In this document: positions 12,700 to 27,419 of the stretch, one piece after another | How the letters are laid out: each line of letters begins with the position of its first letter | Position numbering within the stretch: position 1 is the stretch's first letter | Source of the DNA: Octopus vulgaris | Taxonomy: Eukaryota | Assembly: GCA_951406725.2 (NCBI GenBank) | Contig: OX597814.1 | Coordinates: 9,920,001-9,984,000 of the forward strand | Direction of reading: 5' to 3' | Length of the DNA: 64,000 bases | Notes under the pieces: model-generated | What the model saw: the letters and a program-made list of their open reading frames with translations, nothing else | Told to the model about the DNA's origin: nothing | Database searches by the model: none | Position numbers and translations under genes: made by a program

Positions 12700-13296
12700 C
12701 ATATAAATATATATATATATATATACACATATAAATACATATATGTGCGTATATATGAATTTCATATACGGATATGTACGAATACCAGGTATGGAGTTAG
12801 AAAGTCATACGTAGCTGGAAGCAGACATACGCATACATCCATCCATACATACACATATATTAGTATATATGAAAATACGTATGTATGTATGCATGTATAG
12901 TGTGTGTGCGTATGTGTGTATGTGTGTGTATTTTATTACAGCTCATAATAGTCCAAGTTTTCCATTTTGATTTACCTCGCTGACTATCGATCACTTTTGT
13001 TTTTTTCTTTCTATGTCCTTTCTCTCCCGTTGCCGGCAATCAACTGAGAGTTTTCCCAACGTACAAGAATATAGATGTTTTATACACATCGATATATACA
13101 TAAACACATGTACACACTTGCCGCGCTCGCGCGCACACATGCGTATGCAGATAATACACGCGTATAAAATGCTCGTATTCGTGTAGGAGCAGTTAACAGA
13201 GACGTCTTGTTGAATTTGCTTGGCATAAATGCACATACACACAAACACATGCAAGCATACACATACCAGCTCAAACACACACAGACATTTCAGCCG

Positions 13297-13336
<40 letters not shown>

Positions 13337-13468
13337 GTACACACACTCGTAGAGTAAAAAAAAATACATTCTACATGAAAGACGGAATGAGAAAGAACGC
13401 AAAATAATAAACTAGCTTTAAACACTGAAGTTGCTTCCTGATATATGTAAATGTCTATACGGAGTCAC

Positions 13469-13533
<65 letters not shown>

Positions 13534-13573
13534 TCTGTCTATCTATCTATCTCTCTGTCTTTCTATCTACCTG

Positions 13574-13612
<39 letters not shown>

Positions 13613-13780
13613 GTCTATCTATCTATATATCTACTCAACTACCTGTCTGTCTGTCTGTCCATCTATCTACCTACCTACCTACCATCTGTTTGTATATCTG
13701 TCTATCTGTCTCTCTGACCTTCTGTCTCTCTGACCATCTATCTGTCTATCTATCTATCTCTCTGTCTTTCTATCTACCTG

Positions 13781-13839
<59 letters not shown>

Positions 13840-13949
13840 GTCTATCTATCTATCTATCTACTCAACTACCTGTCTGTCTGTCCATCTATCTACCTACCTA
13901 CCTACCATCTGTTTGTATATCTGTCTATCTGTCTCTCTGACCATCTGTC

Positions 13950-14701
13950 CGTCTTGGGTCGATCTTGAGCGACTTCAACACAACCAAAGCATTCTATAGG
14001 GGATTAGTGGAGGGGAAGTACGATGACGATCTCGAGGCGAACCAGGGTGTCGACGAGGAATACCTGACCCGCCTGTTCAAGACGACTTCCGAGTCGGGAC
14101 CTATGGACAACTTCCAGAGATCCTTGGCCTGGCAGTGCTATCGAGAAGCACTACCTGTTCGACAGAGATGGCTCGAGAAACACGGGGCCGACCTGCCCGA
14201 GATGCTGTCAGAACTTCGAAACCGTCCTGCATGCACTCGTACAGTGTCCAACCATTTCCGACCTGTGGGCCTATGTCGAACGACTGCTATCACGTGTGGG
14301 ACAAGTTGGTTTATCAACCGAGTCTATCGTGAAAATTGTCGCGCCTCCTTCCTTGAAACGGGAAGGAAAAGCCATCTTCATCGTACTTGAGCATAATCCT
14401 ATGAACCAAAAGAAAAAAAAAACGAAACGAAAAAAAGAGAGACACTTACTGTAATGTGTTTTCTTTTTGCATGACACTATTGCCCAAGGTCTTTTCCGTA
14501 GGCTTTTCTATCCACCGACAAACTTAATCTGTTTCTCTCTTTACATTGACCTATCTGTGATTCTCGATCCCTTTTGATCGGCCCCACTTTTTTTTCCACT
14601 ATCCCTTTTGATCGGAATTCGCCCCCCCCCCCCGTTCTCCCCCCCCCAAGCTCTACTTTGTATTTTGTCCCTTCTGTGTTTAGCCCTGCATGGCCAATAA
14701 A
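13950..14701 (+). mobile_element. 3' end of L1/Tx1-like LINE (zf-RVT CCHC domain plus 3' UTR) inside a (TATC/TGTC)n array
   Basis: ORF 13965-14390 ...SLAWQCYREALPVR, then by frameshift TCPRCCQNFETVLHALVQCPTISDLWAYVERLL (Cx2Cx8Hx4C). Ends with AATAAA followed by (TATC)n. Confidence 0.8.
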
Positions 14702-14708
14702 TCCATCC

Positions 14709-14760
<52 letters not shown>

Positions 14761-14813
14761 GTATGTCTGTCTGTCTGTCTGTCTGTCTATCTGTCTGTCT
14801 ATCTATCTATCAT

Positions 14814-14851
<38 letters not shown>

Positions 14852-14895
14852 AACTTACATACCTACCTACCTACCTACCTACCTACCTACCTACA

Positions 14896-14938
<43 letters not shown>

Positions 14939-16264
14939 TTGCGTGTTTGTCTGCCTCTTTTACTGTCTGTCTCTCTGTCTGTCTGTCTATTTATCTATCT
15001 CTGTATCTATCTATCTGCCTGCCTGTTTATCTGCCTGGATGTCTGTTTTACTGTCTGTCTATCATCGATCTACACACACGCGCTTCTATATATCTACATG
15101 AGGTGTGTATGTGTGTGTGTGCCTGCATGCGTGTGTGTGTGTATGAGTGTATGGTGGGGTGATCGTGTAGTATGTAAATATAATATATCTTGAAAAGCAA
15201 TTTGACAGTCCCAGAGAATACAAAGCACGCAAAAAACGGCTAGTGCATGACTTGAAGCTTTTTCGAAGATCTTACACAAGTGGGAATAAAACCTTGTTGA
15301 AGTTTTTCGCATTAATTGGGATTTGAGTATTGTCACGTAGTAACAAAATCTCAGCTTAATACATGTTATGTGATAGTTGACGAAGACGAAATTGAATTAA
15401 ATGCTGCTACTACTGTTACTAATACAACTAATATCAAAAATTATTACAAGCGGTGTATTGTTTGATTGTCAGAGAGTTAGATTTAATGTTTTACAAATTT
15501 GTGTTACGGCTTTTTATGCACTGTGTTCAAATCCTGCCGTGGTCAACCATGCTTTGCATCCTCCCGTGGTTGATAATATTAAGAACTTGTAGTTAAATGG
15601 CAAACATGTTAGAATTTTGGATAGATTGCCTCGTATCGAGTTGGCAGAATAGTTAGCACGCCGGGCGAAATCTATAGAGGCATTTCGTCCCTCTTTACGT
15701 TCTGAGTTCAAATTCCGCTGAGGTCGACTTTGCCTAGGAGTCGATATGATCAAATAGCCCCTCCTCCAAACTCCAAACTTTGTGTTGTATTAGAATGGAT
15801 TATTAGATTTGTCTCTCTGTGTTCTAAGTTCAAGTCCCACCGAAGTCGGCATTGCTTTTTATCCGTTCCGGATCAATACGAAAATAATTCCCTATTCAGA
15901 CAGTGAATAGGGAATTGTATTAAAAAAATGCCAAAATAGTTCGTGCAATACTGAAGGATAAGCAATTAATTGCGCATAAATTTTAACAACAAAATCTTAT
16001 ATGAACCCCAAAAGGGCCATATGGATCTCCCACCAAATGTTATGTGGACCCTGGTTGAGAACCACTGTTTTAATGCATAAATTTATAGACTTTAATGATT
16101 GTTTCATTACGTTAAACATTTCGGCTGTGTCTGCGATTTGAACACACAAATGCAGAATAATATCGATCTTCTCTCTCTGTCTCTCGCGTTTTCTCTTTCT
16201 GTTTTTGAATGATTCTACTACAGGATGTTCAAAAGGTCTCTCTGCAGTGAATTTGTTTTATCCT

Positions 16265-16420
16265 GCGCATCACAATGGCGCTACTTCAAGAGTTTTTCGG
16301 TGAACGGATTATTTCGAAGGGACTTTGGCCACCAAGATCACCTGATTTAACACCGTCAGACTTTTTTCTCTGGGGAGCAAGTAAAGGATCAGTGTACAAA
16401 AATCGCCCGAAAACCATTAA
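16265..16420 (+). pseudogene. Tc1/mariner DDD transposase fragment
   Basis: FFGERIISKGLWPPRSPDLTPSDFFLWG: the WPPRSPDLxPxDF motif around the third catalytic residue. Confidence 0.85.
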
Positions 16421-18552
16421 ATGCTTCTTGAACATCTTGCATTTCCGTTTCTCTCTTTGTTGCATTTACTCCACCTTCTCTCTCTGTATATATTTTTCTC
16501 CATTCGAGTTATTACCTCCCTTGGCGTATGTATAACACGTGCACAAATATAGACAGACCGCAGGAACGCGTAGGATAAAATTTCAGACATTTTTGGTTCT
16601 TCAACAGATGACTTCTTCACAAAAATTGCGTAGTCCGGAACCATCATCAGAAGTGTGAATATCAGCAGGATCAGCTATGACCTCACTACCAAGAACAGTA
16701 GTAAGACCACCACCACCATCACATCCACCAGCTCTACCATCAAAACTACCGCCACCACCACCACTACCACCGCTACCAACAGCAGTAACAGAAACAAAAT
16801 TACGTCCACCATAATGATTACGGCAACGACGGCCATTACTCCCAACAACAACAACAACAACAGCAACAACAAAGCGAATAGGTTCTCGGCTATGACGATG
16901 ACGATTGCCATCACTACCACCACCACAATCGCAATCACCAGCATCACCAATCACCAACCCACAAATAATGCCGGCGCCAACAGCACGAGATAGCCGATAA
17001 TTTAAAGGGATTAAATGAATTAATATTGAAATACTTTGTACTAAATGAATTGAATAAATAATATTAAGTAGTAATACAGAACAGGTTTAGGCTGGGGTGG
17101 AATAAAGCTCCAGCAAAATAGATTCTGATAAAATAACGAAGTGTTATATAATACATATTTAGTGCGGTGTAGTGAACCAGTATAAATTAGTATAGCCCTT
17201 GATGTTGCATAGAATGAAAAATAACACACGATATGCGCGTGCACACACACATACACATATTGTATGGTATAGATTGATAGGAGAAAGCATGAATCAATTA
17301 TATAATTAAATGATTAAAAATTTTAAATTAATAGTGTTAGTAAAAAAGGATTTAAAAGCGAAGGATAAATATTGTGTAGTATAATAGAATGGTTAGAGTA
17401 GAAGTTACAGGATTAGATAATAAAGATATTTGTATTATATCGGAAACATTGAATGGGATGTTATTTTGTTGTATTATATTGTAGGGCTTATAAAGAACCA
17501 GAGATTCTGGCTAAATAAGTTTGCAATAGAATCCTATTCAAAGAATAAAGTGATAAAGTACCATTAGGAGTTGCGATTGAAGAGAATGGTGGAAATAAGG
17601 CTAAACGTTATAAAGAAATATAATAAACTGATAGAATATCTGAATAAATAAATAAATTAATGATAAATCAAAGGCAAGGCGATTAGGGAAATTTGCAAAG
17701 ACAAAAGGAACCTTAAGGCAAGAGTGGGGTAACTTTGTAAGGTAGATGGAAGATAGATATTTCAGTGTAGGTCTAATTTTATTAACACAGACACATTTAT
17801 AAGTACATTAGCGGACAAGATCAAGTAAAAAGTACGACTATAGGTCAATGTAGGGGGTACGAAACAGAGCATTTATAGAGAAGACCATTATATAAAACTA
17901 ATTTCTGCTTTTGAAAACTAGAATACACAGTGTCATTGACTTTAGTTAAAGGGGTCTCATATGGACGAAACCCCCCCCCCCAGCTTTACTAACACAGATT
18001 TACTAACATTCAGTGCGAGATATTGATAATGCTTAAATTATTAATTAGTTTTAAACACAAAATTTGAATTTTTCTTTTCTTGTACGATGCTTTTGTACAT
18101 CAGCAAATGGAGTGTTACGTTTTTTTTTTTTTTACATACCTCTAGCTGTTTGGGGCGAGTCGTTTCGGAGGTGGTGGTTGCGTGGCCACGAAGAGCGGAA
18201 ATGACCGTGAAATATTGATATATGTCGCTCTCTTTCACATCATGGGCAATTCCGTTTAGTCTAGTTTTGAGATATGCTGTGCTTTTAAACATGGTACGCC
18301 ATTCAAGAATTCTCCCTTGGTCGAATTATCGCCGCATCACAGTATTTACTAGCACACATACACTAAGTATGTGACACTGATAACGCTTAAATACTTATCT
18401 TTAAATATATTTAATTAATAGTTTCAAATCATCTATTAATATATTAATTACTACTTATGGTAATATTCCTTTCATAGTGATTCTACTTACTTTCCAAACT
18501 GATAAGAAGTTCATCACGATAGCTATTTGGTTACTTATCAAAGATATTTTCA

Positions 18553-18705
<153 letters not shown>

Positions 18706-18784
18706 GTCTGTCTGTCTGTCTGTCTCTCTGCACAGGCAGACAAACATAGACGTGTTTATATGAATATTCGTCCAATAAGCGATT

Positions 18785-19200
18785 ACTCTTTACTCTTTAC
18801 TCTTTTACTTGTTTCAGTCATTTGACTGCGGCCATGCTGGAGCACCGCCTTTAATCGAGCAACTCGACCCCGGGACTTATTCTTTTATAAGTCCAGTACT
18901 TATTCTATCGGTCTCTTTTGCCGAACCGCTAAGTAACGGGGACACAAACACACCAGCATCGGTTGTCAAGCAATGCTAGGGGGACAAACACAGACACACA
19001 AACAACACACGCATATATATATATATACATATATACGACGGGCTTCTTTCAGTTTCCGTCAACCAAATCCACTCTCAAGGCTTTGGTCAGCCCGAGGCTA
19101 TAGTAGAAGACACTTGCCCAAGGTGCCACGCAGTGGGACTGAACCCGGAACCATGTGGTTGGTAAACAAGCTACTTACCACACAGCCACTCTTGCGCCTA
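18785..19200 (-). mobile_element. SINE family A, full length
   Basis: Complete head, CORE-like block, internal (CA/TA) tract, tail and (GAGTAAA)n end. Confidence 0.92.
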
Positions 19201-19725
19201 TTAATGTATTTCTGTGCCAAAATCTACAAACGAGTCAATGGACATTAATAAGCGTAACGCGAACAAAAAATATACAATGTAAATGGAATACAGCGAACAT
19301 CACTGAAGTGATGTTTTTCTTTCGTTACCTTAGACACACATTTATTTTCCTGAAGAAGAAAAGCATATAAATATACATAGACATCTATCTGCAAGATCAG
19401 CAATTTGTAGAAAGGTATTTGACTCAACTTAACTCGGTTATTTATACTCGTATCTGACGTAAAATAGAACATGAGATTTATTAGAAATTAAATCCCCCTG
19501 GGTGTAGATCTTCTATGTCAAATTGTCCGAGAAATTAGATTTAAAATTTAAATCACGGAAGAGGAGTCATATGATTATAGATATTCATCAAATACATTTA
19601 GAATTTAGTATTTTCGCGCGAAATTCTACGAAGGAGCTCAATAAGCCTGAATAGGGTTCAATAATATCAATATGCTATACTGTAATATATGCTAATGATT
19701 ATACTGTTACGCAACAATGTTTGAG

Positions 19726-19779
<54 letters not shown>

Positions 19780-19941
19780 CATACATAGACACACATACAA
19801 ACACACATACAAACACACGCGCGAGTGCATATATACAGGTGAAAGCTAAATATGCTCAGTATAGAATACACATAATAGTGCTCAGATAAATTTCAACTTG
19901 AACTCCGAATTCTTCATCTAGGGCATTTATTGTGCTCAATG

Positions 19942-19974
<33 letters not shown>

Positions 19975-20008
19975 GTGTACATATTTGTGTGTGTATATAC
20001 AAATATAT

Positions 20009-20051
<43 letters not shown>

Positions 20052-20061
20052 AATATAAATG

Positions 20062-20093
<32 letters not shown>

Positions 20094-20175
20094 TGTATGT
20101 ATATGTATATATATGTATATATATATATGTATATATATATGTATATATATATATGTATATATATGTATGCATGTA

Positions 20176-20220
<45 letters not shown>

Positions 20221-20344
20221 CAATCACATAGCATTTGAGAAAAGATTCAATGCTTAGACACACACTCACCACAAACACGCACACACACACGCACACACTC
20301 ATGCACATGTATACATGCGCATATACGGTCATATGCCGACATAG

Positions 20345-20401
<57 letters not shown>

Positions 20402-20943
20402 CCTATATATTGCTAAACATTCTACTACGAGTTCTCAAGTTCTATATAATCGACCTATTTCCGTTCTATCTTTTCACACCCTCCACTCAGACGCTTCCCT
20501 TTCTGCTAAGTTTGTCTCTGTCTGTTTCACTCCTTCGCTTACACACACACACACACACACACACATAGAGACACACACACACACATACGCATGCGCACAC
20601 ACAAACTCTTTCTCTCTCTCTTTCTCTATTTCTCTCTCTCATTCTCTCTCTTTCCCTCTCTTTAACAAAATGGCAAGTTTGTTTGTGCTCCAGTTTAGCG
20701 CTTGCCAACCCCGATTGGTATATTAGCGCCAATTAATTAATTAAACATTGCAGAAATGGACAACATCAACAGCAGTTAGGACGACGTCAACAACAACAAC
20801 ATCAACAATAACAACAATGGTAGTCAAAAGAGCAAAACCAACAAACAAACCAACAAACAAACATGAAGAACAAAACGCAATGACCAGGACGTCGTCGACA
20901 ACAATGTAAATATTAGCATCAGTAATAACAATATAACCATCAT

Positions 20944-20979
<36 letters not shown>

Positions 20980-21117
20980 AACGACAATAAAAACTGCAGC
21001 ATCAGCAACAACAACAACAGCAATAACAACACAAAATTATGAATGACTACAAAAGTCACCCGTCACAGAATTGAAACAATCACCTTTCTTCTTAGATTTT
21101 GTTTCTCTATTCTCTTC

Positions 21118-21150
<33 letters not shown>

Positions 21151-21275
21151 CATATATACACACACACACACACACATACACACACACATATATATATATA
21201 GATATAGATACATATATATATATATATAGATATAGATACACGTGCATACATACATATATGTATGTGTATATATGC

Positions 21276-21310
<35 letters not shown>

Positions 21311-21325
21311 CGTGCACACATATAA

Positions 21326-21368
<43 letters not shown>

Positions 21369-22039
21369 CACGTGCACAGATACATATAAGCACACACACG
21401 CACACTCACGTATGTATATACACATATATGCATGTATATATATGTGTATATATATATGTATATAATATATAGTATATATACTATATATACGTGTGTGTAT
21501 ATATGTGAGTATGTATATATATATACACACATATATGTGTATATGTATATATATATACATATATATATGTCTGTATGTTTATATATATATATATGTATAT
21601 ACACATGTATAAATATATATCTAAACATACACATACACACGCGCACACATGCATTTTATCGTGCTCTTATCTTTAGTAATCTGCACGGCCACCATCGCCA
21701 TCACCACCACGCCGTCGCTGACATTCATCGTCACCGCCGCTGTGGACACCGAAAAACAATCTTACCCGACACACACTCAAGCCAACGTCAGCCACGCTCA
21801 GTCAGTCAGTGAGTGAGTTAGGAATGCCTCATAAACTAATTTGTCTGCCATTACCGATCTAAATTCAATTGCTATGGAGAGCAAATGTAGCGTTCATCAT
21901 TGATCGTTTCCGCCGACGCCGCCGCCATCTTAAACAAAGAAAAAAATAAACATGGCTACGTTTGTTTGTTGTCTTAGACACTGACATCACGACACTTCAC
22001 TTCCTTACGCACATAAACAAGTTATTCCACCACAACGAA

Positions 22040-22550
22040 TGCCACCACCAAACCCAACCACCGCTACTACCATCACCACCGCCGCGGCCACCACCACCAT
22101 CGCCACCACCACCACCGCCTCTACCAACACTACGGCTATCACCGCCACCACCACCAGCACCAGCACCACCACCACCATCGCCTCTACCAACACTACAGCC
22201 ATCATCGCCACCACCACCACCACCACCACCACCACCATCGCCTCTACCAACACTACAGCCATCACCGCCACCACCACCACCACCACCACCACCACCACCA
22301 CCACCACCATCGCCTCTACCAACACTACAGCCATCACCGCCACCACCACCACCACCACCACCACTACTACAATCGCCTCTACCAACACTACAACCATCAC
22401 CGCCATCACCACCACCACCACCACCACCACCACCACCATCGCCTCTACCAACACTACAGCCATCACTGCCACCACCACCACCACCACCACCACCACCACT
22501 ACCACCACCACCATCGCTTCTACCAACAGTAGGGCCATCACCGCCACCTT
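22040..22550. repeat. Minisatellite: ~60 bp unit ATCGCCTCTACCAACACTACAGCCATCACCG + (ACC)n, ~8 copies
   Basis: The anchor CCTCTACCAACACTAC recurs with variable ACC runs. The poly-P/poly-T ORFs are by-products. Confidence 0.9.
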
Positions 22551-23229
22551 CTTGATTACATGCTTTGCTACCATTAACCGCTAATAGAACGAAAGACCAA
22601 CAGAAGCGTTAGCACTAACACAAACAACCAACAATTCCTACGCCAGCACAGCCGCCACCACAACCAGTATTACCACCAGTACTACCACCACTACTACCAT
22701 CACCATCGCCACCATTTCCATCACCTCCATCACTAATATTATTATTGCTGCTACCACCATCACCTAGACCAATACCACGACTACTACCACCACCATCACC
22801 ACCACCACCACAACCACCACTACCACCTCCACCGCCACTAACACCACAATTATCGCCACCAACACAATCACCACTACCACCATTACTACCACCACCACCA
22901 CTAACACCACCATAACCATCACCCCCAATCACCACCTTCACAAGCATCTCCACCACTATCACCACCACTACTACCATCATTATAGCCCCACCACCATCAC
23001 TACTCGAACCACCACCACGACCACGACCACCAACCCACCATCGATACTATTATCACCACCACCATCACCATTACTACCACCGGCTTGCCCACCCTCATCG
23101 CCACCAGCATCACCAGCATCACCACTATCAACATTACTACCACCACCTTTACCACCACCAGCACCACAACCACCATCACCACCACCACCGTCGACCACAA
23201 CAACAATGCCAATACCAATCCAAACATCA

Positions 23230-24490
23230 ATAGGCATTGGGCTCGAAATTTTTGGGGAGGGGCCAATCGATTAGATCGACCCCAGTGCGTAACCAGTACT
23301 TATTTAATCGACCCCGAAAAGATGAAAAGCAAAGTCGACCTCGGCGGAATTTGAGCTCAGAACATAAGACAGACAAAATACCTATTTCTTTACTACCCAC
23401 AAGGGTCTAAACACGGAGAGGACAAACAAGGACAGACAAACGGATTAAGTCGATTACATCGACTCAAGTGCATAACTGGTAATTATTTAATCGACCCCGA
23501 AAGGATGAAAGGCAAAGTCGACTTCGGCGGAATTTGACCTCAGAACGTAAAGATAGACAAAATACCGCTACGCATTTTGCCTGGCGTGCTAACGTTTCTG
23601 CCAGCTGGCCGCCTTAATCCAAACATCATTAATATCAGCAACTATGAATATACGCCTCGATCATCAACTTTAGCACCTGTAATACAACAATAATAAATTA
23701 CAAGTGTGCTGCTACAAGTACCACCAGCACTATCAGCACCACCACCACAACCCACCACCACTATTACTGAAACCACAGCAATCCATACCACCACATATAC
23801 TACCATTACGTACAATATTATCAATTATTATATACTAAGGCGGCGAGCTGGCAGAGTTATTACCGCGCCGGGCGAAATGCTAAGCGGTATTTCGTCTGTC
23901 TTTACGTTCTGAGTTCAGATGTCGCCGGGTTCGACTCTGCCTTTCATCCTTTCGGGGTTGATAAACTAAATACCAGTTGCGTCCTGGGGTCGATGCAATT
24001 GACTGGCCCCTCCTCCAAAATTTCGGGCCTTGCGCCTAGAGTAGAAAAGGTGGTGGTGGTAGTAGTCGTGGTATTGGTCTAGGTGATGGTGGTAGCTGCA
24101 CGCCGAGCAAAACGCTTAGCGGCATTTCGTCTGCAGCTACATTCTGAGTTCAAATTCCTCCGAGATCGACTTTGCCTTTCATCCTTTCGGGGTCGATTAA
24201 ATAAGTACCAGTTACGCACTGGGGTCGATATAATCGACTTAATCCGTTTGTCTGTCCTTGTTTGTCCTCTCTGTGTTTAACCCTTTGTGGGTAGTAAAGA
24301 AATAGGTGTTTCATCTGTCTCTACGTTCTTAGTCCTGATGCCGCCGGGTTCGACTTTGCCTTTTATCCTTTCGGGGTCGATTAAATAAGAACCAGTTACG
24401 CACTGGGGTCGATGCAATCGACTTAATCCCTTTTTCTGTCCTTCTTTGTCCCTTCTATGCTTACCTTCCCCCATGGGCAACAAAGAAATA
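23230..24490. mobile_element. Cluster of SINE family B (Meta-domain-like): 23230-23615 minus, 23838-24048 plus, 24095-24490 plus
   Basis: Head GGCGGCGAGCTGGCAGAA..TTAGCACGCC, B box GAGTTCAAATTCC, central GCCTTTCATCCTTTCGGGGTCGAT..AAGTACCAG (resembles the MetaSINE/Sauria domain). Confidence 0.88.
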
Positions 24491-24734
24491 AATATTATCA
24501 ATATTATCGTCATCAGGAAACTACTACCTACACTATCAATACTGTCCCTTCCGCGACCACCACCACCAGTACCATCTTTACCATAAATACCAAACGACCA
24601 TCACCAGTACTACAATTACCACCACCATCACTTCTACTGTCAAACCACTATCAACAGCAGCAACATCAGTAACAACAACAACAACAACAAAAGTTGTAGG
24701 TAATATCACTAATTGTGTTAAAATTTGGGTGAAG

Positions 24735-25241
24735 ACATAGCTGTGTGGTTAAGAACTTCGCTTTGGGTCTACATGATTTCAGGTTCAAATTTATTGCACT
24801 GCACCCTGGTCGATCAAAGCATTGTAAATGAAACTTGGTAGACGAAAACTGTGTGGAATCCAGTTAAAGAGACCGTTCCTGTTCTTGGATAGTAAACGTG
24901 GTTCGTCACTTTTTTTTATATAATCACCAGGCATGGATTCGTGGTTAAGAATCTTGCCTGGTAACCGCGTGGTTTCGGTTTCATTCTCACAGTGTGACGC
25001 CTTGGGCAAGAGTCTTTTCTTATAGCCCCGGGGGGCCAAACTATGCCTTGTCAGTGAATGTAGTTGGCGGAGAATTGTGAAACTCCGTCGTTTATATGTA
25101 TGTATGTATGTATGTATGTATGCATGTATGTATGTATGTATGTATGTATGTATGTATGTATTATGTATGTATGTATGTATGCATGTATGCATGTATGTAT
25201 GCATGTATGTTTGTATGTATGGATGTATGTATGTATGTATG

Positions 25242-25276
<35 letters not shown>

Positions 25277-25518
25277 TTATCTATCTATATCTGTATGTAT
25301 GTATGCATGTACCTATGCGTGTATATATCTACGTATGAATATATGTATCTATATGTGTGTATGTGTGTATTAGTGTATGTGATTGTGTTTGTCCCTACCA
25401 GCCCTCGTTGGTTTCTTTTCGTTCCTGTAACCGAGCGGTTCGGAAAATGAATCTGATAGAATAAGTACTAAACTGTTCAAGGCGGTGCCCCAGCATGGCC
25501 ACAGTTAAGTGACTGAAA
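24735..25518 (+). mobile_element. Diverged SINE family A (two heads, expanded internal microsatellite)
   Basis: GCTGTGTGGTTAAG..GGTTCAAAT, CCTTGGGCAAG, tail GGCGGTGCCCCAGCATGGCCACAGT..GACTGAAAC. Confidence 0.75.
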
Positions 25519-25622
25519 CTTTTTTGCATTCTGAGTTCAAATCCCACCGTGGCCGCCTACATAGACGGTAGATTAAATTCCTTGTTCAGCTTAATCCGAC
25601 CACCTGGCATTCAGGATAGAGC

Positions 25623-25905
25623 AGTGCTTCTCAAACTATCTGATGTGGCGTACCGGCAGTTTTTGTTCCAATGTACCAGGGACCGGTAATATTTCTTAGT
25701 AATATTAATTTATACCGAAAACAATATATATAATGAATATAATGAAAGTTGACAATTTTTTATCTTATATTTATTTTGTAAACAAATAATACAATATTAC
25801 ATAAGTATTTTATAAGCATTTTATAATGTTTCTTTTCTGGAAACTCGCCGCGTACCGGCAGCCGATGGCTCACGGACCGGCACCGCTCCGCGGACCAGCA
25901 CTGCT
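25623..25905. mobile_element. hAT-like MITE
   Basis: Starts CAGTGCTTCTCAAACT, has subterminal GACCGGCA/TACCGGCA motifs, ends ...GCACTG. Similar termini at ~9602, ~16054 and ~35908. Confidence 0.6.
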
Positions 25906-26034
25906 TTAGAGGACCTCACTCTGTTGCAACCATTTGAACCAGGTCTCTGGTGTAAATATACCTTACTTCTTCCCTCTTGCCATCTTCAGAGATCTTGTAA
26001 CGGGTATGGGGATTGATTACTCTCTTGAGTGGAG

Positions 26035-26285
26035 AATGGTGGCCAAGTAGTTAGGGTGTTGGAATCATGATCGTAAGATTGCGGTTTCGATTCCTAGACC
26101 GGGTGATGCGTTGTGTTCTTGAATGGAACACTTCATTTTACGTTGGTCAAGTACACTCAGCTGGCGCAAAAATGAGTAATCTTGCTACGGGCCGGCGTCC
26201 CGTCCAGCAGGGGAATATATACACCGTAGAAACTGGGAAACCGGTTCTATTGGTCTGTATGACTCGGGAAAGATCTCTCTTGACT
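26035..26285 (+). mobile_element. tRNA-derived SINE, diverged
   Basis: GTGGCCAAGTAGTTAGGG A box, GGTTTCGATTCC B box, downstream CGTCCCGTCCAG block. Confidence 0.7.
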
Positions 26286-26686
26286 AAAACATACAAAATA
26301 ACCAAGGAACTGTTACTACTACGAACAACCTATTATCACCACACCCACCACCACTACTACCAACAATACCAGCGACAACAGCAGCAGTAGTACCACCACC
26401 ACCACCACCACCACCACTACCATTATTAACTACAGCAGCAAGACAACGAGGGGGCTTCTGCTAGACCGAGCAGCTAAATCTTCAAATCTTACCTTGGCAT
26501 ATAAAAGAAATGCGCGTTGGATAAGGCGGTACTGAACTGTCTTTATCCTATACACAGGAAAATGGTGTGATGGTCATGGATAGAATGCATTTGATCACGT
26601 GCGCTTCTCGATCAAGGCGCAAAACAGCAGCTGCGACAACAGCAACAAAATCCAGTCGTATACTACCTCTAGTATTATTATTATTA

Positions 26687-26741
<55 letters not shown>

Positions 26742-26742
<1 letters not shown>

Positions 26743-27300
26743 GAGTGAGGGAGCAGTTCATGCCATCAAAGTGACACTGGGGTAAAATATACGAAGCCCA
26801 ATATACCCATCATGACTACCCGTCTGATAAAGGTACACCAGGCACATGCATCACAACCATATGTGCGCGAGATGGTGATCTCATATCAAGATGAACAGCA
26901 CATGACCTTGCAGGTGGGGCCCAGTTAGAATTTTCTTCAGGTTAAGTAGCCCATCCCGCACAAACGGCCCCTGAATAAGGGTTGTTTAAGGATGTTGAAA
27001 GAACCACCCATGTTTTCAAAAGTGAATTATTCAAACCCCAAAGAATCCCTCTCAACACATGGCTATGATGCTCCCCCACTACTTCTGCTCGTGATCAGAG
27101 ATGCACATATCGTCAGCCACTAAGGGACATGCTCAACTGGTTAAGGTCAAACAACTGACAAGCAAATCTGTGGTATTGAGCAGAATATTTGCTGTAGCCC
27201 ATCTTTTATACCAAAGACAAAACAATGTACATGATAACACTTCCAATCAGTTAAGATCAGAAGCCATGAGAGCCACTGCCTGGTACTGCATCAGGGCATT
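26742..27300 (-). mobile_element. ~560 bp non-coding insertion flanked on both sides by (TAA)n
   Basis: Complex-sequence island bounded exactly by (ATT)n arrays. No credible ORF. Confidence 0.55.
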
Positions 27301-27312
27301 TATTATTATTAC

Positions 27313-27419
<107 letters not shown>

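Noticed and set aside
18041-18345. 83-aa minus ORF with donor-like site
   Set aside because: No recognisable domain and an upstream in-frame stop; cannot be supported as CDS.
21962-22584. Extensin/mucin-like poly-Pro and poly-Thr ORFs
   Set aside because: (ACC)n minisatellite open in several frames on both strands, with no splice or start context.
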